In this document: one piece after another, positions 56,733 to 64,000 of the stretch
Numbering within the stretch: the first letter of the stretch is position 1
Layout: each line of letters begins with the position of its first letter
Assembly (NCBI RefSeq): GCF_964355755.1
Contig: NC_092674.1
Location: 17,112,001 to 17,176,000 of the forward strand
Length of the DNA: 64,000 bases
Reading direction: 5' to 3'
DNA from: Antedon mediterranea
Lineage: Eukaryota; Animalia; Echinodermata
The notes under the pieces: generated by a model
What the model was told of the DNA's origin: nothing
The model's database searches: none
The model's input: only the letters and a program-made list of their open reading frames with translations
Position numbers and translations under genes: made by a program

Positions 56733-58515
56733 AGTACAGCATTCATTATATGACTCATGCTGGTTCCCCTTCTACCACCACATAATTACTTATGCTGGTT
56801 CATAAACTACCCCCAAATACGGCGGTGTTTTATTACTCATGCTCTTAAGTACAGCATTCATTATATGACTCATGCTGTTTTCACTACTACCACCACATAA
56901 TTACTTATGCTGGTTCATAAACTACCCCCACATACGGCGGTGTTTTATTACTCATGCTCTTAAGTACAGCATTCATTATATGACTCATGCTGTTTTCACT
57001 AATACCACCACATAATTACTTATGCTGGTTCATAAACTACCCCCACATACGGCGGTGTTTTATTACTCATGCTCTTAAGTACAGCATTCATTATATGACT
57101 CATGCTGGTTCCCCTTCTACCACCACATAATTACTTATGCTGGTTCATAAACTACCCCCACATACGGCGGTGTTTTATTACTCATGCTCTTAAGTACAGC
57201 ACTCATTATATGACTCATGCTGGTTCCCCTTCTACCACCACATAATTACTTATGCTGGTTCATAAACTACCCCCACATACGGCGGTGTTTTATTACTCAT
57301 GCTCTTAAGTACAGCATTCATTATATGACTCATGCTGTTTTCACTACTACCACCACATAATTACTTATGCTGGTTCATAAACTACCCCCACATACGGCGG
57401 TGTTTTATTACTCATGCTCTTAAGTACAGCATTCATTATATGACTCATGCTGGTTCCCCTTCTACCACCACATAATTACTTATGCTGGTTCATAAACTAC
57501 CCCCACATACGGCGGTGTTTTATTACTCATGCTCTTAAGTACAGCACTCATTATATGACTCATGCTGGTTTCCCTACTACCACCACATAATTTCTTATGC
57601 TGGTTCATTATATTACTCATGCTCTTAAGTGCAGCATTCATTATATGACTCATGCTGGTTTCCCTACTACCACCACATAATTTCTTATGCTGGTTCATTA
57701 ACTACCCCCACATACGGCGGTGTTTTATCACTCATGCTCTTAAGTACAGCATTCATTATATGACTCATGCTGTTTTCACTACTACCACCACATAATTTCT
57801 TATGCTGGTTTATTACCTACCTCCACATACGGCGGTGTTTTATCACTCATGCCCTAAGTACAGCATTCATTATATGACTCATGCTGGTTTCCCTACTACC
57901 ACCACATAATTTCTTATGCTGGTTCATTAACCCTACTACCACCACATAATTTCTTATGCTGGTTCACCATTATATGACTACTACCACCACATAATGTCTT
58001 ATGCTGGTTCACCATTATATGACTACTACCACCACATAATTTCTTATGCTGGTTCACCATTATATGACTACTACCACCACATAATTTCTTATGCTGGTTC
58101 ACCATTATATGACTACTACCACCACATAATTTCTTATGCTGGTTCATTAACCCTACTACCACCACATAATTTCTTATGCTGGTTCACCATTATATGACTA
58201 CTACCACCACATAATTTCTTATGCTGGTTCATTCATTATATTATGACTCATGCTGGTTCCCCTATTACCACCACATAATTACTTATGCTGGTTCATTAAC
58301 CCTACTACCACCACATAATTTCTTATGCTGGTTCATTACCCACCCCCACATACGGCGGTGTTTTATCACTCATGCTCTTAAGTACAGCATTCACTATATG
58401 ACTCATGCTGGTTATATGACTCATGCTGGTCCCCCTACTATCACCCCATACGGCGGTGGTGTCTTATCACCCTCCTCTAAGTACAGCATTTCATTAAATG
58501 ACTCATGCTGGTTTC
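56733..58515. repeat. Composite minisatellite inside element copy 2 (115-bp and 45-bp units)
   Basis: 'gtacagcattcattatatgactc' at 56734, 56849, 56964, etc.; 45-bp unit run at ~57950-58220. Confidence 0.93.
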
Positions 58516-58800
58516 ATTCTCTACCCCAATGCTGACTTTTGTCTCCAATCTTTTTTTTCACTCCTTTAACATGGTTGCAGGGCCCTTTTCCCCTGCAACT
58601 TGATGATATCTGTCCACACACATTTTTCTTTCCGTCTTAATTGCACAAAGATTTTCTTACAGATACACCATGTCAGGACAGAAAAGAACTAACAAGAGGT
58701 AAAAAATACGGCACCAAGAACCGTGCCAGTACCTGAATTTGACATAAATAAGAATTAAAGGACATGAGGCATATCGTCGAAACCCTGGTAACTTCTGTGG

Positions 58801-59375
58801 TTGAGATTAATGTCAGTAAGCCGAACCTACCGGCAGCTCTCTTCCTCAAACCCCCTACCTTGTCAAAAACTTAAAGAGAAAATAATCTCCCACAAATTCA
58901 TCGAGCTGCACAATCTGCTCGACTTCAACAGCGCAGCGGAAGCTTCGACGCTAACGTTCACTGGTACCTTTGAACTTGTGCCTAAGCCCAAATGCCGCAT
59001 CTTAAACGAACACAACTGGCACTAGGCCTTTCACGACTTTGCCACAATTTTATTTAAGTAAATATACGCAGGACATCTTAAATTATTTGAAGTATATTAA
59101 ATACCTCATGCGCAGTCATCCAAATTAATGTTACTTTTACGACTGATAATTTCGAATGGCTACTGAGTACACACTTTGCTCTTGGTCATCGGTTCGAGCC
59201 GACCTCCTGCATAAACTAGACGCAACGAGCTAACCATAAACCTCTAACCCATCCAACCGTGAAGCGTCCACTCGGCTTCTCCTACCATAACAGATTCAAT
59301 AGATGTATCCAGACAAACTGTCAGTATCGCCACTCGTTTTTCAGTGCTCGGGATCCCAATAATTCCCACTAGAAT
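58801..59375 (+). pseudogene. gag-like remnant, copy 2
   Basis: Homologous to 37677-38245. Confidence 0.65.
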
Positions 59376-59479
59376 AAGCGCACTCCTATCTGGTTACAAA
59401 CACCACGCTTACTTAACCCAATGTTTCGCTCATGGCTTCTACCTTACATGGGGCTGCTTTTACAGCAACTAACTCCCAA

Positions 59480-60680
59480 CGCAATAGACATAATTGACAT
59501 ACACAATCACCCGGCATTCATGGCTAAGACGAACACCAGTGACGCATACAGACTAATACATTTACATCCCACTCAATATCACCTCACGGGTTTCACGTGG
59601 TTAGGCCAGTATTACTACGATAAAACGCTTCCCCAAGGCGGCGGATCTTCGTGTCAAATATTCAATAAGTTTTCTGACGGAGTGAAATTTTTCCTTATAA
59701 AAAAGTTAAAACAGCCCAATAACGTGAAAATATTAGACGACATCCTCGTCATTGAAGACACACACCAACTGTGTGCGAACTCCTTGAAGATATCCAAGGC
59801 GCTTGCTGACCGCGGTGGCATACCTCTAGCACCGCACAAAACAATTTCACCCACCACCACCATTTGCTTCCTGGGTATTGAACTTGATTTACAGAAAATG
59901 TAAGACAGGCTTCCATCTGAGATAATAAAATTACGTTACTCCCTTTAAAGTTCAAAACTTCACTCAACTATATTGAGAGCCCCCCAATCTCTTTGAAAAG
60001 CTACAATTTGCCACCTGGGTTATACCCTCTGGACTGGCGTTCCTAAGAAGGCTTAATGCCCTAACGGCCTGTCAACTAACCCCCTTTTCAACTATTCACC
60101 TTTCTGACTCAGCAAAGGAGGATCTCCAAATTTGGGCCGACTTTCTTAGCAAACACAATGGCGTTACCATTTTTCAACCCCACAAAAATTTGACTCGCAG
60201 CGTTTACATTTCTCCTCTGATGCCTCAAAAACCGCACTTGGTGCGACCTTCCAAAAGTTCTGGATTCAAGGCTGCTGGCCGGAATCTTGGAAAATGTTCG
60301 ACATCATGGTTCTCGAAATTTACCCCATCTATGTCATGCTTTCGATTTTTGCAAAACAGCTAGCCAACACCCATGTAGTTTTCCACTGTGATAACCTAGC
60401 TGATGTATATGTGTTTAACAAAAAATCGTCATCAAACGAAAAGGTCATGAGAGTGGTTCGCGCTATCGTCCTTTTGTTATTACTAAACAACATTCAGTTT
60501 ACAGCCAGGCACATCCCTGGTAAGCAAAACAGGATATGTGACGCTCTTTCTCGTTTTCAGGAAACGGAGGCCATGCTAGAGGAGCACAGTATGAACCGCA
60601 CACCGCTAAAGACACCAAAGCACTTACAACCAATCTACTTCGAACCACTAAACAACTCAAGATCCTCACACGAGAGCTAA
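59480..60680 (+). pseudogene. RT / RNase H remnant, copy 2
   Basis: MAKTNTSDAYRLI...ILDDILVI; RNase H ORF 60294-60680 is open (LEIYPI, HCDN, ARHIPGKQNRICDALSR). Confidence 0.92.
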
Positions 60681-61317
60681 TGTGGAACTCATTAAGCAAA
60701 TGAACCGCTAGTAACTATAAAAGCAAATGGCACCATTTTAACCAATTCAGGAAATTACTAAGCCTTCCGCTACCAGCGACTCCACAGACAATTGTTCTCT
60801 ATGTAAGTAAGCTGACTAAAAATGCACTGGCGATTTCCACGATTCGAAACTACCTTAGCCCAGTATCATTCGTACACAGGGTATCATTTATGGAAGACCT
60901 TACCGCAAATCCAGCAGTCAGCAATTTATGCAGAGGAGTAGCGAAACAAAAAACGAACTCTCCATCCAAACCGATCAGACCGCCGGTCACCTCCGACATT
61001 CTTGTAACGCTAATTGGACATATGCGAGGTAGCATGAAATCCAAATACGAATTCATCCTATACAGAGCCTTGTTCATAATATGTTACTTCGCATGCCTCG
61101 GAGCCAGTGAAGCAGTAGTCTCCAAGGCCGCAGAACACACACTAATGCTATAAACAATTAGCTCGCCATGCTAGTCTGGAACATACACAGTTTAACACTC
61201 ATTCTTTCAGAATCGGTCGAGCTACCAACCTTCACCAACTTGGACACTCTCACCAAGACATTATGATTTTTGGACGATGGTCGAACCACATAACTTTGTC
61301 AAATACAGCGTTGTAAA
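60679..61317 (+). pseudogene. Tyrosine recombinase remnant, copy 2
   Basis: Same motifs and the same internal deletion as copy 1 (HSFRIGRAT, GRWS). Confidence 0.9.
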
Positions 61318-61435
61318 TATGGGTGCTGGCTGGTTGGCATATTTCCTAAGCATGACTGGGTATTAAGCGTCAAGCTTAAACAAAGTTTGATACTTATTTT
61401 TCCTGTATATCGTTTTACTTATTTCATTTTTGTTT

Positions 61436-62108
61436 TCTTTCGGTGACAGCATAGGTTGCACCGCCAATTATAATCATATGTTCAATCGGAGTCAACACGT
61501 TGCTCCAGGTAGACTAATAAGTTATTTATATGTTTTCGGTGTCAACATGGTTGCACCGTTTATTAAACTCAATTCTCAAACGCGTACTGGAGTCAACACA
61601 TGTTGCCCCAGGCAGACTAATGTAGATTGTTTCTATACGTTTTTCGGTGCCAACATTTGGTTGCACTGCCTACCTAATTAAAATGTTTAAACATGTACTG
61701 GAGTCAACACATGTTGCTCCAGGTAGACTAATGTAGGTGTTTCTATACGTTTTTCGATGTCAATATTTGGTTGCTCCACCTATCAGGCGCTAATGGTCAA
61801 CCGGGTACTGGAGTCAACACATGTTGCCCCAGGCAGACTAATGTAGATTGTTTCTATACGTTTTTCGGTGCCAACATTTGGTTGCACTGCCTACCTAATT
61901 AAAATGTTTAAACATGTACTGGAGTCAACACATGTTGCTCCAGGTAGACTAATGTAGGTGTTTCTATACGTTTTTCGATGTCAATATTTGGTTGCTCCAC
62001 CTATCAGGCGCTAATGGTCAACCGGGTACTGGAGTCAACACATGTTGCTCCAGGTAGACTATGTAGATAGTTTCTATACGTTCTGGGTGTCAACATATGT
62101 TGCACCAT
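61436..62108 (+). repeat. ~110-bp tandem hairpin units, copy 2 (6 units)
   Basis: GGAGTCAACAC at ~61488, 61589, 61700, 61810, 61921 and 62031. Confidence 0.85.
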
Positions 62109-62981
62109 CATCTGAATGGCTTGTCATTGGTTCTACCTACACTTAATTTGGGCTGCTTCGTTGGCCCCTTCGTTGCCAACTGTGTTGGCCCTTTCAGAGC
62201 ATCCCAATGTTCTCTTTTTATGTTTTCCTTTTACGTGCATGCTGCAACGATGACTTGCCATTCATATTAAATAACTTTACAATCAATACTTGTTTCCTTG
62301 TTTTTGTTTATCGGGCTCACATGTGTCAAAATCACGTGATTGCGGGGCGCCCTCGCAATCATCTTTTGACAGCGTGAGCATCTCATCCTCTTCACCTCAC
62401 GCTGTCAACAGATTACCACGCCAGTTTTTGGCTAAGTAAAATAATATTCACTTCCCTCCCTCCACTCCCTCTTTATTTTGTTTTCAATTACGATTTTGAG
62501 ACATGTGTTTTGGCCCTTGCAGAGCATCCCAATGTTCCTTTATTATGTTTTCCTTTTACGTGCATGCTGCAACGATGACTTGCCATTCATATTAAATAAC
62601 TTTACAACCAATACTTGTTTCCTTGTTTTTGTTTATCGGGCTCACATGTGTCAAAAGTCTATTTATATGAAATGAATGATCAATCATTGAAAAATAATGC
62701 TATGCAACTTTGTTTCTGATTTTAAAAAAGGTCCACTTGTTTAGGCCTGACATTTACAACCCTCAAAATATCTCACTTTCAAAAACAATATTTATTTTCA
62801 AATAAAAAAAAAATATCCTAACAGGTTCGAACCCACTACTGGGAGCACTCAAAACTGAGCATTACCCGTTATGCCATAAAGTAGTACACGACAGAACAGT
62901 TTGTAATAGTCTATTTATAAGTGTATTACGTAATTCATCATTACGTCATAAAAATCATATTAACCTTGTTAAAACCAAAAT

Positions 62982-63161
62982 GGCCAGTTAGCTAAGACGA
63001 CTGAGCGTCGGTCGGTGGAATAGAGTTACGTCCCCCTTTCCACCACACATCTTGAGAAGGCACTAGCAATGCATCTGGCGATGATGTGGTGGAAACGACC
63101 CCAAGGCTGTGGCAGGGCCTTAGTGCTGAGGCAGGGAGAGCACATTTTTAAATTTTTTTTT
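62982..63161 (+). mobile_element. Internally deleted duplicate of the tRNA-Ile-like SINE/ncRNA relic
   Basis: Homologous to 41431-41650 with two deletions, but retains an extra 3' segment ending in T-runs. Confidence 0.55.
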
Positions 63162-63817
63162 GGCTTTCGCTACATGTATTTGATCTCGTAAATTTTATGT
63201 TTAGCGCCCTCAATTTAATGTAAAAAGAAATTAATTTATCTTCGTTACGTGTTTAGAAGAGAATGTATGTCTCATCGTAGTTTGGTATGCCGTTTGTTAT
63301 TATGCAAATGAGTTTTTGCAGGTGTAGTGGGAAAGATGGTATTGTTAGTAATTCGCGGTCAACACACCACACTGTCCCGCCACACTGTTGAATTTTGATT
63401 TTGTTAATCAATGTTGCTACATTGGTAGCGAAATGTCCGATTCATGCAAGATATTGTATTGTAATATGTTATAAATAAACATTTATGGATGGTAGTTGGT
63501 GTGTATGGCCGCACCGTCCCAGAATAAACATGTTTTAAACAGATAGTTTGTCTCCGATTATTTTTGTATTGGGTTAATGGAGAGTGAAATAGATCAAATA
63601 TAGAACATTTGCAAAGATGCCGATTTCCAGACCGATTTCGAAACTTAGACTAATTCCGCCGCCGGGCTAGGCCTTAGGCATATACGAAGTCGAAATTTTA
63701 AAGTAGAAAACTCTACCTAAAATTTTGAATTCGCATCTCGATAGTTGAATTTTTAACAAATATCATAAATATCATAGGTGATTATGTATGGTAATAAGTA
63801 TAAGTATAAGTGCAATT

Positions 63818-64000
63818 CTTTAAAAAGGTCCACTTGGTTAGGCATGACATTTACAAACATAAAAATATCTCACTATCAAAAATAAAATTTATTTTCAATT
63901 AAAAAAAAAAAAGAAAAAAAATACCCGTATAGGTTCGAACACACTGCTGAGAGCACTCAAACCTGAGCATTACCCGTTGCGCCACAAACCAGTAGATGAC
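63818..64000 (-). repeat. Start of a further 260-bp satellite block
   Basis: Same entry junction as 42308 ('gtgcaattctttaaaaaggtccacttggttaggcatgac'). Confidence 0.9.

Larger units (their letters stand above)
55895..62656 (+). mobile_element. Ngaro-type (split direct repeat) tyrosine-recombinase retrotransposon, copy 2, both ends present
   Basis: A1 55895-56017 ... B1 62181-62331, A2 62331-62453, 50-bp spacer, B2 62504-62656; gag/RT/RH/YR remnants inside. Confidence 0.9.

Noticed and set aside
57480-58535. Repetitive His/Tyr-rich or Cys-containing protein ORFs
   Set aside because: Translations of the 45-bp and 115-bp minisatellite units; open on both strands and not conserved between the two copies.
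61436-62108. CRISPR array, integron attC array or hammerhead ribozymes
   Set aside because: The linkers are homologous to each other rather than unique; there are no cassette ORFs; I found no CTGANGA/GAAA hammerhead core.

Overview
AT-rich, almost entirely repetitive eukaryotic (probably invertebrate animal) DNA with no intact host gene. From left to right: (1) an ~80-88 bp satellite (1-2090); (2) a patchwork of minisatellites, a split non-autonomous element and two nested LINE fragments (2.2-9.6 kb); (3) three apparently identical 5,200-bp intron-containing transposon pseudogene copies in tandem (9812-25435), each bounded by the hexamer TTGCGC. Their protein motifs, hexamer and U6-like right end fit a Dada-U6-type DNA transposon, but the array sits in a ~190-bp palindromic satellite rather than in a U6 gene; (4) that ~190-bp satellite, with orientation switches (to 29633); (5) a ~260-bp satellite of roughly 70-75 monomers, each carrying a minus-strand tRNA-like Pol III cassette (A box, B box, oligo-T). 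This satellite is interrupted by a Deu/Nin-type SINE, a Helentron-like insert and two degenerate copies of an Ngaro/DIRS-type tyrosine-recombinase retrotransposon. The two copies belong to a ~21-kb-offset segmental duplication; the element has split direct repeats, a 5' SGNH-hydrolase remnant and a covarying 3' hairpin array. All family assignments come from motif recognition by eye, not database searches, and boundaries are approximate unless a junction sequence is quoted.
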